Source: Marsupella aquatica
Taxonomy: Eukaryota > Plantae > Marchantiophyta
Length of the DNA: 64,000 nucleotides
Direction of reading: 5' to 3'
Assembly (NCBI GenBank): GCA_973895155.1
Contig: OZ316897.1
Span: forward strand, 6,624,470 to 6,688,469
Position 1 is the stretch's first letter. Every line of letters begins with the position of its first letter. Shown here piece after piece: positions 37,269 to 50,800 of this stretch. The notes beneath the pieces were generated by a model, which was not told the DNA's origin, did not search any database, and saw only the letters and a program-made list of their open reading frames with translations. Both the position numbers and the translations under genes were made by a program.

Positions 37269-37560
37269 ATGGGAGAATATTATGACCATTATTATGCTAC
37301 CGTAGGATACGGTACTGGATACAGGGTCAAGCTTCTGGTGCCATGATTCTTTGTTTTAGAGGTACTTTCTACGAAGGGAGAGGTGAGTTTGGGAGAATTT
37401 TGTTGATCGATCAGATTTTGTCAGTTCACTGCATGCAACAACAATTGATTTTACAAAACCCAGGAGACACTCTAGGGTATCAGAATCCCAGTCCTATCTG
37501 GAATTGGATGGGACCCAGCTTCAACGTGGGAACCCTATACCAGCTTATGGGAGGTCCAGA
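37269..37560 (+). pseudogene. Pepsin-like (A1) aspartic protease pseudogene fragment
   Basis: One frame gives 'MGEYYDHYYATVGYGT' (37269-37316). It overlaps a shifted frame 'VLDTGSSFW' (37312-37338), i.e. the Y-Y-x-x-V-x-x-G-T and DTGS motifs with the intervening segment deleted. Downstream 'SGIGWD' resembles the GILG.G motif. Confidence 0.45.
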
Positions 37561-37849
37561 GTTCGGTCCATTCGGCCATGTAGAGATATTTCACTCAAAT
37601 GGGCTCTAAAAAACTCTGATTGTGGTTAGGTGGTCTTTACATCTCTACCATTAACAATACTCTGCCATGCATGACAATGGACTAGTGGTATATAGATAAA
37701 TGAGCAAAATACCTCAATATAACTAAAGTTGCGAGGATTCCATAGAGAAAGTAAAGAAACTTGTCTTACTTTACTGGTCTTGTATGGTTTCTCACTTTAA
37801 CTAAAATTCACTAGCGAGTCTCTCACCTAGCCATAGCCCCCATTAGCCT

Positions 37850-37960
37850 GAATCTAATGGTAGTCCTTAAAATTAAACAAGGGAGATCTGACAGTAGGGA
37901 ATTTAAAAATCTAATGGTCATCCTTAAAGCAAGGAGATCTGACAGCAGGGAATTTAAATA
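37850..37960. repeat. ~57-bp tandem duplication
   Basis: aatctaatggt..tccttaaa...gagatctgacag.agggaatttaaa occurs twice. Confidence 0.8.
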
Positions 37961-39029
37961 TATAGCTATTAAGTACATTGCCATTAAGATGTTTGAATTT
38001 GCAATACTGCCACTTTTTGTTTTTACAAGAATTTCATAGTTTAGGTATATAATTTTCCTAGCTACCTTGGTGAACTTGTCATACATATGTTAAATCATGT
38101 TATTCTTATAAATTAGAAAAAAAGTGTCAATATTGTCAATTATGTTATAACCCATAGGTTAGGTCAACATTCAATCCTAGTTAGGGGATTAAAATAATTA
38201 TTATTACATGTATATCTAAGGAGGTATTAGTAAACTCTCATGAATGGATGAACATTGATTGTCTATTTACTTCATATTTTCTCTCCTAAACATTATCTCC
38301 ACTTCTCAACAAATTAGAATATCTTTAGTGACATATTAACTTCTATAATACAAGGTTGCGCCTTTTTATGCCATGGTCGTCATTCAAAAATACAGTGCCA
38401 AAAAAAGAAATAATCAATAAAGAGAAGGGATAAAACCAAAAGCAAATTAAATATAGAGTGAACCAAAAAGTACAGGAAATATTTTCACACACAGTAATCA
38501 ATTAGTGGACACGCAAAACAAAAAATGTAACTAACCCTGTTGCATGCACTTTTCACACAAAAAAGAATCTAATGGTGAAAACAAAAGACAAAAAAGGTAC
38601 CTAACCGTGTATGCAAGAGTATTATCATAAGTCACTATATACCATATCCTCTAAAAATGGATATGGTATTATTTACAAACTCAAGAAAAAATGGGAACAA
38701 TACTAGGTCTTGTATAAAAATTTGTTTTTTTCAACTGTAAGATCCATCCATATCTCTATTAATTTCAATTACCTTTGCCCAATCTACCCATAGCCTACCC
38801 AAACCCAACCAAGAAAAAAAATTAATTGAAAATTAATTGAAAACTAATTATTAAATTGAGACTTAAAGAATTGGATAATAACTTTCAAGTTTTGAAAATT
38901 CTTGAGTATAAATAATATATATATCATATTAATTTCTCTAAAAAATTAAAATTAAAGATATTTTTTTGGTCATTTGGTTGTGCTAGGACTCTATGTTGCG
39001 GTGACTATAATCTCAGTCTCCAATTTCTA

Positions 39030-40153
39030 TGTGCAATGCACGAGTTGTTGCACACCACCACAACAACTCTACCTTGCCTTGACATATTTTTCTCACGACA
39101 ATTTTTTCTCACCCTCAACATCATTTAGGTACTTGATTTTTGTTTCTCTCTTCGATATATTTTCTCACCTGACTCGACATCTTTTCTCACCACAACATCT
39201 TTCTCTCACCCTCGACATATTTTCTCTCCTCAACGTCTTTTTATCACCTCGCCATGTTTTTTCTCTCCTCGACATCTTTTCTTCACCTTGACTTCTTTGT
39301 CTCACCTCAACATCTCTTTTTCTCATTGACATTTGTTTTCACCTCGATATCTGACCTGTTTCTCACCTTCACATTTTTATCTCACCACAACATCTTTCCC
39401 TCACCCTCGACATCTTTTCCTCATCTTCACATATTTTTCGCATATCGCCATCTTTTCTCTCCTTGATATAGTTTTTGCTCTACTTCTTTTTCTTAGCTCA
39501 ACATCTTTTTTTCTCATTAACATCTTTGTTCACCTCAACATCTTTTTCTCACTTCAATTTCTTTTTCTCACCTCAACATCTATTTTCACTTCAACATCTT
39601 TTTCTCACCACACCATCTTTTGTGCAACTTTTGTCTTAATGTCTTTTTTACTTAACGACAACTTTTCTCTTAACGACATCTTGGGCAACGTGGCATTTCT
39701 TTTCGTAAGGACATATTGGGTGCCACAACATCTTTTTTCTTAACAATATCTTGGTTGACACGATATCTTTTGTCTTAAGGACATCTTGGGTGACACAATA
39801 TCATTTTTCTTAAGTACATCTTGGGTGTCACAACATCTTTTTTCTTAATAACATCTTGGGTGACACAGTTTTTTTTCTTTATTAATGATACATTGGGCGA
39901 CACAACATTTTTTTTTGTCATGACATCTTCAGCTGGGCGACACGACATTTTCTTTCTTAATGACATCTTGGGCAACACCACATCTTTTTTTCTTAACGGC
40001 ATCTTGGGCGACAAGATATTTTTTCTTAATGACATCTTGGGCGACATAACATCTTTTTGTCTTAACTACATCTTAGAAGACACGACATCTTTTTCCTTAA
40101 GGACATCTTGGGCGACAGGATATTTTTTGTGCAATGCACGTGTATTGAGCTAG
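39030..40153 (+). mobile_element. Non-autonomous Helitron (3' end defined, 5' end uncertain) filled with degenerate minisatellites
   Basis: The 3' end GTGCAATGCACG hairpin + TGTATTGAG + CTAG(40150-40153)|T matches the plant Helitron terminus. The interior has ~20-bp cacctcaacatctttttct repeats (~39085-39620), then ~38-bp ttaa.gacatcttgggcgacacaacatcttttt repeats (~39650-40115). A second GTGCAATGCACG occurs at ~39031. Confidence 0.65.
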
Positions 40154-41863
40154 TACTTATTTAAATATATGAATATTAGAAGAGTAAATCCGCTCGCTCA
40201 CAAAAGTGATATTCGTCAATCTCGCGAAGAAAAAAAAACCTTTTACGATGATGAAGGGGACCATGATGAAGGGGACCATGACGACGGACCAGGAGGGCAG
40301 GAGGGCTGGAGCAGACAAGTCTCTACAGTCCTGTACAGTCGTTCCCAGCGAGAAACAAGGCGGGGCAGGACGGTGTTGTTCTCGAGGCACGCCCGAATGA
40401 CTTTTTTTTGTATTCGCTTGAGGCCGTGACGGGCGGGCAGGAAGGAGCGCCTCTCAGCGACTCATAATGGAATCGGAAGCTGGTGGCCATGGTGAGCGGG
40501 GCAGGGGACTAGGCGCAAGGGAGGGAACGGAAAAGAAAAAGATGTTGATGAGCAACAACGCTGAGCAATCATGGCAAGAAACTAAAAATCGACGACTTGT
40601 AAATTGCATGTAGACTGATCAGTGCTTGGTAGGTTCACGTGTAGGTGCATTTCCACCTCTGGCTGGCTGCCTTCGTACCTGGGGCAAGATTTGGTTGGAT
40701 TCACGGGCCGTTCTAGCTCCAGGCGGGGTGGCTCATGGTTGTAAATTTGAGATTTAATTGATCAGTAAAGTTTTGTTTGTTCAAGGCAGAACCTAGGCGG
40801 GATGGGGAAAGAACGAAGAGGGAGTAGTGGTCGAAACAGGTGGAGATAGAGCGCGAACGTAGGAAATGTCTACTGGACGAGGAGCACAGAGGTGGTCCTG
40901 CGTGCGCCGAGGAGAGAAACGCACAACGCCAGCGATTGATGTCGATTTGTGGTTTAAAAATATGACGTATGTATGCACTATCGCTCGCCTTCTCTCTATA
41001 TGCATTTTGCTTGTTGTCTGTGCTGGTGGCTGTTACAAGGTGGTCGGTTGCCGTAGCTGCTCGGTCAGTTGCTGTCTTCTAAACGGAAATAATTTCTAAT
41101 CCGTGGTCGGGTAGGAAGGTCGCGCCAACCTGCCTCTCTCGCTTATTCGAATTTTGCATTTCCTTTCTCCTTCTTCCTATTATTTTGCACAGTTCACGAC
41201 ATCTGATACATTCTCTTGGCCAAATTCCCTGCGCTGTGATTCTGGTAAAGTTTTTTGTTTGGCATTCCAACCTTTTCTTGGTGTTAAAATCAATGTGCGA
41301 TGTCAGCCATGTCTGTTAGGGTCCAATAATGCGGGTGTTGGAACGGATGACCGACAGAAGCGTGCTAGAATTGAAATTGCAAGCTCCGAGGAAGTCGCCC
41401 TCACGGAACTGGATACTTCGTCTGAGCTTGGTGCGAAAGCGAAAGTGGGGGCACTGATGGTCAGAGGGAGTCCAACGGTCGGTTAGGTACCCAAACAATT
41501 GCTCAATCCAGCCACCAGTGCTCATTTTTACCCTGTGGTCGAGGTCCGGACGGAATTTTTTGAGATATTAATGCATGAGGGAAGCGATGTCGGAGGTGCA
41601 TGTCGTAAGGTTTGCCATGGTATTTGGACAAGAACGGCGGACCAGGGTTTTGTCAAGAACTGCAGTTTGCGATCGACAGGGCAGTTATAGTGCTTTAGGC
41701 TTAAATTTCAATAGCAGGTGGTGAGGGAAGGTTTGGGGAGCATAGATGTAAAAGGACGAGGATGTTGTCCTCAGCCGTTGGTCGGGGGCAGTCTTCCTGG
41801 ACGTAACCGGAGAATTTCATTAATCCCAAAGTAGCCTGTGATATTCTGAGGTAAGTATGCAGG

Positions 41864-44800
41864 ATGCAAGCTACGGTGCTCTTTGGCAGCAGCTTAGATT
41901 TGGCTGTGTCATCGAAATGTTCTCTAGTTACTTTACCAACGAGGAGCAGAAAATCTGGCGAGAGGAGAGCAGGTGGAACTCTGCAGCACCAACTGAGATG
42001 CTCGACGTTGCAGAAGCCGTTCTTCGTGGGCGACTGCCCTACCAATTCCCTTCGGTTTCCTTCCTGTACAAATTCAGGTCCCTCTTTCCGTCCCCGGCTC
42101 CAGTGCGACCCCCAGACCAAAGCATTGGCCAGATTCTTCGTCAACGGCCGTAAATGGGGACAGAAGGATTCACCCGACCCCCAAAACCCTCAGAATGGAG
42201 GAGTGAATGGCGCCCTGCTGAATCAGTCCTGGGTACAAAGCAACAGGCACAGTTTACTGCAGAAATCCGCATGGGTCGCGGCCATTGTTTTGATGGGTGG
42301 CGGGGCTCTCTACGGGCAAGCCAAGGCACGGGCTTATATAGAGAGGGCTTTTCTACCACCTGTGGCAGCTATGGTAGGGAAACAGTTCGGCCGAGAAGTT
42401 CAGCTGGGGAAAGTGCAGCGTTTAAGTCCGTTCGGAATAACGTTGGGGCCGTGTTCTGTGGGTGCACATGACGAAGAATTTTCATGTGCGGAGATTCCCG
42501 GTGTCGAATTGCGAGTTCTTCCCATTGCAAGTCTTCGCAAAGGACAACTTGTGGTGGACGCTGTGATAGCAGAACCTCACATTCTCGTCTCACAGAAAGA
42601 AGACTGGACATGGTTGGGAATACCTCTTGTTTCTGAAGAGAAGAATTCTGTGCGCCACAGTTCTGAACCGAACTTGGACGCTCGGACGAAGGTCAGACGA
42701 TTAGCGAGAGAGGAGGGGGCAAGCAAAATGGCAATCGAGAGGAAACATGCCGCAAGAGATGCTGCCAAAAGAGGCTATAAGCTTCCAGGAACCGGTGCCC
42801 AGCAATCCAGCAAGAACGATGCAGGTATGAAGTCGAAGGGATCTGAGAAGCACGCAAAGCATGTTGAAACAGAGCTCGACGAGTCTGAAAATGAAGAAGG
42901 AATTGACACAACATCATCCTACCTAGGGGTGGATGAAGTGGACGGAATTAAGGCTGGACAGCATGTGGAAGAAAGGCTGACGGAGGCAGATGAAGCAAAT
43001 ACTGGTTTTGAGCTGAGAAACTCTGTCCTGGGAGCGAAGGTTTGGATAGACACAAATATGTTGAAGCCTGTAAAACGCAGAGTTCTCAAAAGGTGGACTA
43101 GGCAAGGGCTTCACGCAATATCTAAAACAGCCATGCAGAGAAGAAACTTGGATCGAAGTGCAGCAGCTGCGCGTGCATATTTCCAGAAGCTGGATAACCA
43201 TCATGATTCTACAGGGAGTGAGGGGGGAGGCGCGACGGGCCCTGTGGACACTAATGATGTATCGGCTCTACCTTTTAGAGGAAACTCTCAGGCCCTTAGT
43301 GTGACAGGACGTGAGTTTGACAATTCCAGTAAGAGTTCTGCAACCCCTCGATCTGTGAATGTTTATAAATTGGATTTCCTTGGTGCCCATGATGAGGGGG
43401 CTAGTTACCGCATGTCTCCTTTCTCACGGATCAATCGTTCTACCCTGCCTCCAATGTCTCTCTCTAGTTCCTGGGGTGCAAGGGATGACAGGAAGGAGGA
43501 GGGGACGATGAGATCAGGGCTGCCCAACCTGAAATTGCACATAGACGATGCCGTTCAATACAAGAAAGGGGTTGATCAAGTGAACTTTAGAAAAATCAAT
43601 GGCATGAAGCCGAGCCTCAGGTCACTAGGCATTAAAGCTTTTGGAAGGGAAAGGCGAAGTTTCTCTGAGAAAATTCTAGACCGTAAGAGTGCTGGAGAAG
43701 CGTCAAGCGTTGATATTCCAACCAAAATTGGTGATCGGGCTGCAAAATCATCAGAGTGTGAGGAAAGATCATCACAAGTTACTATCGAATCCGTGAAAGA
43801 GGCTCTTGTACACGCTATTCGAGAGAGGCAGGAGAAATCTGTCGGAACGATTAGGAACGGATTGAGATCCAATAGTCAGTACTCTAGTATGGTCTCCAGC
43901 CCACTGGAGCAGAGTTCGCTTGATCCAGGAATGTTGAAATGCGGTAAAAATAACAGTGGAAGTCCTGTCCAGTCCCAACTCGAGGCTGAGGTTGATGTAA
44001 AACATTTAGATTTAGTGGGAGCTTCAAAGTTTCTCGGCGAGGACCGAGCTGGAGACCAGTTTCAGAAAGTAAGCAACGCTCAACATAGAGAACACAGAAG
44101 GAGTACCGTGCGGGATGAAAACTTCTCAAGAAAGCATTTGGATCAGGAAATTAGGACGACGTCCAACTCTGCCTCTATGGGTTTGCTCAGCGCTCATTCT
44201 ATTGAAACAAGTATACAGAATCATGGGTCAGTAAAAGCCATGTCACTGGAAAGTCAAAGTATCTACGGTAGTGACATGAATAACAAGCTGAAACCAGGTG
44301 ACTATGAACCTGAGGACGAAGGTCAGCAAGTCCCGATGACCCAGGAATCAATGGAGAGCAGGCTGCTCGATCACACGAAAGCTTGGACACCAGTTGCTTT
44401 GAACTCGGTGTACTTCAAGGACGGAACTCTCATGCTCCTGGCATTTGGAGATCGTGAGCCTCGGTATGTTGTACCAGATATAGCTGACTTTCCACCAGAA
44501 ACTTTCAGAGCCGTTCTCACAGTATAGACTTAAGTAATATTGAAGTATCCTTGTAATGTTTGCCAGAGGTAAGAGCGTTATGGTGTCTGGCTCGCCAAAT
44601 GGAATTACTGTCGATCACCTCCTAGATCACCCACGTGGAAAAGTTTCCGTAAGTGCATGAATGGACCCGTTTTCTCTGCATGCTGCCGTTTGTTCCTTTA
44701 CTAACAACGGGTGCTGCTTAATGATCAGAGTCATGGAGAGAGCAACTGGTCTGGTCAAATTTGGTAGCAGTTATGATCAAATCAATGTTCGTGTCACCGG

Positions 44801-47800
44801 GAGTCCGAAAGAGTATCGAACAGCGAATGTTAACGGAGATGGCGGAAAGATATTTGTGAAAGTAGCTGTCGACCTTGCAAAGCAAGAGTGGCACCTTAAA
44901 GTCCGAGGCCGCCATCTTTTTGCACCGGTCAGATCAGATCTGCTGTTGAATATTTTGTTTTTATGTTAAACTCTTGCTTGGACGAAAGTTAAGGAGTAAA
45001 ACTGACGTCCTTTGCAATTGCGATTCTGTGATTGTCACAAGGTTTGAACAGCTGCAGTGCTGAATCCGTCTGATTAATTAGTCTATGATCTTACGCGCTT
45101 CCAATCCTGTCTTTTGTTCGCCAGTTTCGTTCATTGACTGGTAGCTGCTGTGTTTGCAGCTCTTTGAAAAACTTTTGGAAGTCCCTTTGGACTGGTCAGA
45201 TGGTCGAGCCAGCGGGGAGGTAATTTACCTATTAAATCGAGTGCATGTGTAATTCTTTGGGTTATGGGAGTCCATAGTGGCCTATGTTTAGTCTCTGCAC
45301 AGCCATCTGTTACTTTCTGGACATGGGATCAGCTATTGCTTAAAACGAATCAGAATATGTCATTCGCTACCTGTCAAGCTTGTATTTCATTCAAATTTAG
45401 TTATGCTGCCGAAGAGTTTTTGACCTCCCGACTCTCACCAATACCTGCATGTGTTGCCGTGCAGGTGCACGCCTGGATGTTGAAGGATGATCCATTTCCC
45501 AGTTTTGGTGGTCGACTGGATGTCAAAGGCCTGGACTTTGCAATATGGGATGCTCCAGCAGCATTCAAGGTAACTCCTTGTGTGAAGTGGTGTCTGTCTT
45601 CTAGTCGACCAAGTTTTTTCTAATTAATTTCTTGCAACGAACCCTAAATTCGATCAAAGTCAAGATGGGCACTTTGTAGGAACGTTCAATCGAATATTCT
45701 GCCACGTGGCGTGGGCAGGCTTGTTTGTGGTCAGGCTTCAGGTTGGGTCTCACCGGACCATTTGTTTTTGACACAGGGAGTCAATGGAACGCTTTTCTTT
45801 CAAGGGCAGCGGTTGTTCTTTCACAATACCTCTGGCTTGTATGGGGCAATTCCATTACAGGTTTCAGGCGACATGGACTTGAATCCAGATGATGGGGAGT
45901 ATCGTCTTAGTTGTCAGGTCTGTACTCGAGATGATCCAGGCAGGAGATCGAATATGGTGGACTATGTGTCTATGCGACAGAATTTCTTTTTTGGTTTTTC
46001 TGCTGGAATAATGTCTTGGGATGTTGAGGATTGATTGCTGGAGGTTCTGAGTACATATCATATCCTGTTTTTTGTGTATGTATTGTTGGAGTAGGTTTCT
46101 GGGGTGGAAGCCAATGCTCTGATGAAAAGTCTAAAAGCTCAACCTCCTCCATTTCCTGTAAGTATTTGTCTCTCGTTTGATTAAATGTCAGTAGTGCAAT
46201 GACATAACTTCGGCTGAGTTTGAATTTCGATGCTCGGCAAGTTTTTATATATTTGGGTCAAGGTGAAGATATATTTTTCTCACCCTGTACTTACAATGCA
46301 GCTGGCAGGGGCATTGAAAGCCGTAGTGCATTGCAGAGGTCCACTTGATGCACCCATTTTTGAAGGAAGTGCTGAGCTAGCAGCTAAACAGAGGGCATTG
46401 GTGTATGAAGCGCCTCAGACTGTGGCTACTCAAGCTATCAAAGAAAATGAGCTTGGTGGTGCTGTTGCTGCATATGATCGAATACCATTTGCATCTGCAT
46501 CTGCAAGCTTCACATTTAACACAGATGATTGTGTAAGTCAAATCCTTAAATTGGTGTCTTCCTTGTACTGTAAGAGCCTAGAGGTGCCTATATAGCTGTG
46601 CCACACGCATGGGCTCAATGATCGTAACAAGTCTTTAATCGTTCCGCTGTGAGTACCGTTCCGACGAGTCTTGGGTGTTGTACTGCCTTCTTTCTTTCCA
46701 TTGTTGTCTTTCCTCGTGTTTCTTCTTCCTGTCAACTGCTAGAAAATTGTTGTTTCTTCTTTTCAGGCTGTGTAGTCCTTTCTCACTGTATGGCTTGGAT
46801 AGTTGGTTATATACCTCTATGTCGCCGTTGGACTAACTGACTCGGTAGAGCTGGGGAAGATGAGAATGCTGACCTCTGGTTTTCTCTGGCAGATGGCTGA
46901 GCTCTATGGTGTAAGAGCATCGCCTGTTGGTGGGGGCGAGATTCGTGGTTCAGGCAACCTGTGGATTTGTCCAGAGGTGGGTCAAGTTTTGTTTGTCCAG
47001 CAGGCAGAGCGTAGTGTATAGTTATGTTCTCTAACTGAACTTTCGAGTTGTCACTCTTTTGTGTTTTCTATGAGTCCGCTAGTCGTGTACAGCTATCGGC
47101 TGGTTCCCATTTCCGAGGAGTGTTGTCAATACACTTACTTCCCACAGCATGAGGATGATGGCTTCGAAGACTCGGAGGAGTTATAGACTTTGCACTGCTT
47201 AGGTCTTCTAATTAAAGTACTGGAAGACACAGAAGCACATCATATTTTGTTACGATCTAAATTAGGAAACTCCGCAAATGACCAACATTTGCTTGGAATT
47301 GATCTCTTTTTCGATAACGTTGTTGATACGAGAAACATGTAAGCTCTCTAGAAACGAGAAATATTTTCTCTGACATAATAATCATTGGACAGGGAGAATT
47401 AGACCCATCAGCTGTCAATGTGGACTGCTCTGGACAAGTTGCAACGACTCCATTGCTACATTCATACACTCCAGCTGGAATGGATGTGTCTTCTATTAGC
47501 TTCGGTACTTTGAATGGAGAGGCCAAAGTTCGAGGGGCTCTTCTTATGCCGTAAATACTGTTTCCCGCTCCTTTGTGAAGCAATTTGTTTATTCAATTAT
47601 TCTGTCAGTGCATTCTTCAAGTTTGAGAATGAGACGCTTCGGCAATTTCTGAAATCTCTGGTCGCATTGCTTTTCCGTTCGAACTATCGAATCATGAATA
47701 TTATTCCTATTTTATTTGTTGAATGCCGAGTGTATTTGTGATTGTATTAGGGTATTTGACATCAGATGGGATACACCTGAGGCTCAAGGTTCTTTTGATG

Positions 47801-50800
47801 GGGCACATGGGGATGTACACATATCTCGTGAGGCAATCAGCTTGAATTCTTCAGCCTTTACTTATGACTTGTCAACCAAAATACATACTCTCTACCTTCC
47901 CATAAGTTCAGAGGTCAGGACGTTTGAATATAAGCCAGCACCTCCACCCGTTGTGGAAGGCCTTGACTTGGATCTAAAGCTAAGGGAGTTTGATGTGGTG
48001 GGCCTAGTTCCTCCAAGCTCATCCCTTGCGGATTTATCTCAAATGAAGGTAACAGGGAAGGTGAAGTTCAATGGGCAGGTACCAAAACCTAGACCTAAAG
48101 TGGTGTCTGATGATGAAGAATCTTTTAAGGCAAAGGAGGAGGAGGAGGAGCTGAAATCATCTGTTGCTCCATCTGGAAATGAGATATCTGGACTTGTGGG
48201 AGAAGTCTCACTATCAGGGTTGAAGTTAAATCAGTTGTTGGTGGCTCCTCATCTGACCGGTTCTCTGGAAGTTTCTCCTTCGTGCTTCAAGGTACTTCAT
48301 AGAGGAATTTGGGGATATTAAAATGACCTTCAGAATCCAGTTTGTAAAAGTAATTGTTAAAATGGGAAAGAAAGTGTCATTATTGTCATGCAGCAGTAAG
48401 CATTGTTGTTCAGCTAGGTGTGAGACTGATAGTTGTGTCTTGATATTGATTTTTGAAATCTGTCGAGTACCAACTTTTAGTTTGGATGGAAGAAATAACA
48501 ATTTAAATATAGCAATATGTTTTAGATATCTTCATTAATAATGATCTGTCCTGACATGTTGTAGGTCCATACGACAGGGGGAACTGATGAGCACCTCCAT
48601 GTTTTTGTCTCCAAGAACTTGCTCTCAACTACTGAGACCCCTACCGCAGATTCGTTCTTTGAGCAGGTTGAGGAGGGTGCGTCATTCTCCTTACTCAGGG
48701 GTCAATTGCGCACGGACCTTCATTATCAACCAGGCCATTCCGCAAAAGTGGAGGTCTGCTCGACTTGTCTCACATTTTGAATGATCGCAATGGATCTCTG
48801 CACAATGATTCCACTCTCGATACATTTGAAACTAGTATGTCAGGTTTGTGGGCTTATTTGAATACCAAGCTGAAGGACAGAGAGACTGTTTTTCGCAGAT
48901 TCGCAATCTCCAGTTGGACGAACTAGAATTGGCATCCTTGCGGGGAGCTGTTCAGAAGGTACTGTGCTCTGTCTCATCTGGTCCAGATATTCCCAACTTG
49001 TTCACCGAGGACCCCTTCAGATTAGACCAAACTGCGATTCAGTCAATTTGTTGCATTCCTTACTTCCAGGATTTACAGCATCCCCACCCGTCGATCCGAC
49101 ATCGAATCGGCTATAATAAATACAGTCTGGGCTAAATTTCACCGTCTGATCATTTAGATTTGTATCGTAACCTCCCACGAACTGGATCGACTGTTTCCGA
49201 AAAAAGTTTATGGAACGTTATGCCCCATAGAGTACATCTCAAGCGTGACTTCTCTGTGTACCAAACTGCCGCATTACTCCTCTGCCAACTTTAGCTGTCC
49301 AAATGATTTGCATTTTAAATCGAGTATCTGCGTCTACCGGAGGATGTCTGCGGGAATAGCGTTTAGTACACCCAATGCAGCAGATCCTTATACAAAAGTT
49401 GGCCCCGGCTCCAGAATCATGTATCTTACAGGGAGTAGATCTTAACACGTCACTACAGCGCCTCACAGTTGGGGCTGGGGATGCTCTTGCTGCCAACGGT
49501 TAATGCTTGAATTGCTGCAAAATTGTGTCCTTTCCAAAAGTGTTACGAAACAGAACAGATGCAAGAGAGAATGTTTTAAAATGTACACTAGTGAGCGCAA
49601 GATGGGTTTAATTTCTGATTGCTCTGTTGTTGCTTGTTGTATCCAACAGGCAGAACTTGCACTCAATTTCCAGAAGAGAAGGGGTCAAGGAAGTTTGTCA
49701 GTTCGACGACCCCGGGGCAGTGGTATACAAGGAGAATCGTTGGATATTGCAGCTCGGTGGTCTGGCGATGTGGTAAACTGTCTGCTTTCTGAATAGACTT
49801 AATTCATCTCCGAATTGTGTGCTTGTGCTAAGCCCATGCTAACTTTCTCACACCAAAAATATCTTCTCGCTACTTCCTCTTCTGATCTGCTGTTCTCCGT
49901 CAAATTGTTATTGTTTGTGATTGCAGATTACTCTTGATAAATCTGTTCTAGAACAAACAAATAGTCGATATGAACTTCAGGGGGAATATGTTTTACCTAG
50001 TCTCCGTGATCGCTCAGTCATATACAAGAGTAAACACTGGGAGAAGGCTATGGGAGGGCAGCTGGGACAAATGATCACATCAATGGGGCGCTGGCGATTG
50101 AGACTAGATGTTCCAAAAGCTGAAGTTTCAGATATGTTGCCGGTTGCGAGGTTACTGTCACGTAGCAGTGACCCAGCAATTGTGTCCAGGTCCAAGGTAA
50201 AATCTCGATTTCGTATGGCAGCTCTCAAAATCTTGGAGAGTCAATAGCTGATGATTTTTCACTCATATGGCACAATAACTGTGCCAACAACGTCTGGAAC
50301 TTTCACTCATGCATACCGAGAGTATAGCTATTTCAGTAAAATCACCTGGTAAAGTTGATCTCAGTAGTGACGAATAAATGGACGCTTAGTAGGTATTGAG
50401 TTGTCAATTACCGAGTAGTTTGATGGTATGTTTGTTTTCTAGAAGTTAGATTCAAGCTACAGTATTGATCGGGTAGAGCGTGGTAGTTACCTCTCTCTCT
50501 TCTCTTCCTGAATTGTATTATATTTTTGGTCAATACATGCTGAAGTATGTTTCGGTATGACTGTGCTTAGAAAATACATGGCACAAAGGTTTGCGTATTC
50601 CAATTGTACACAACCAGCAACCAGAGCTAAACTTGGAGGGAGGAATAGAATACAAAATGAGAAGCTGAGCCTTACTACGCGCTGGTCTCTGCAGGAAATT
50701 TTCCTACAAGGAGTGCAGTCAGCTGGTTTTTCATCAGAAAACCTAAAGGAGCAGCTTGAGGTGAACTTTTACCAGTATGCCGTTTCTCAAGGTTTTACAC

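Noticed and set aside
38974-40153. Phe/Leu/Ser-rich and Lys-rich ORFs
   Set aside because: They are translations of strand-biased minisatellites.
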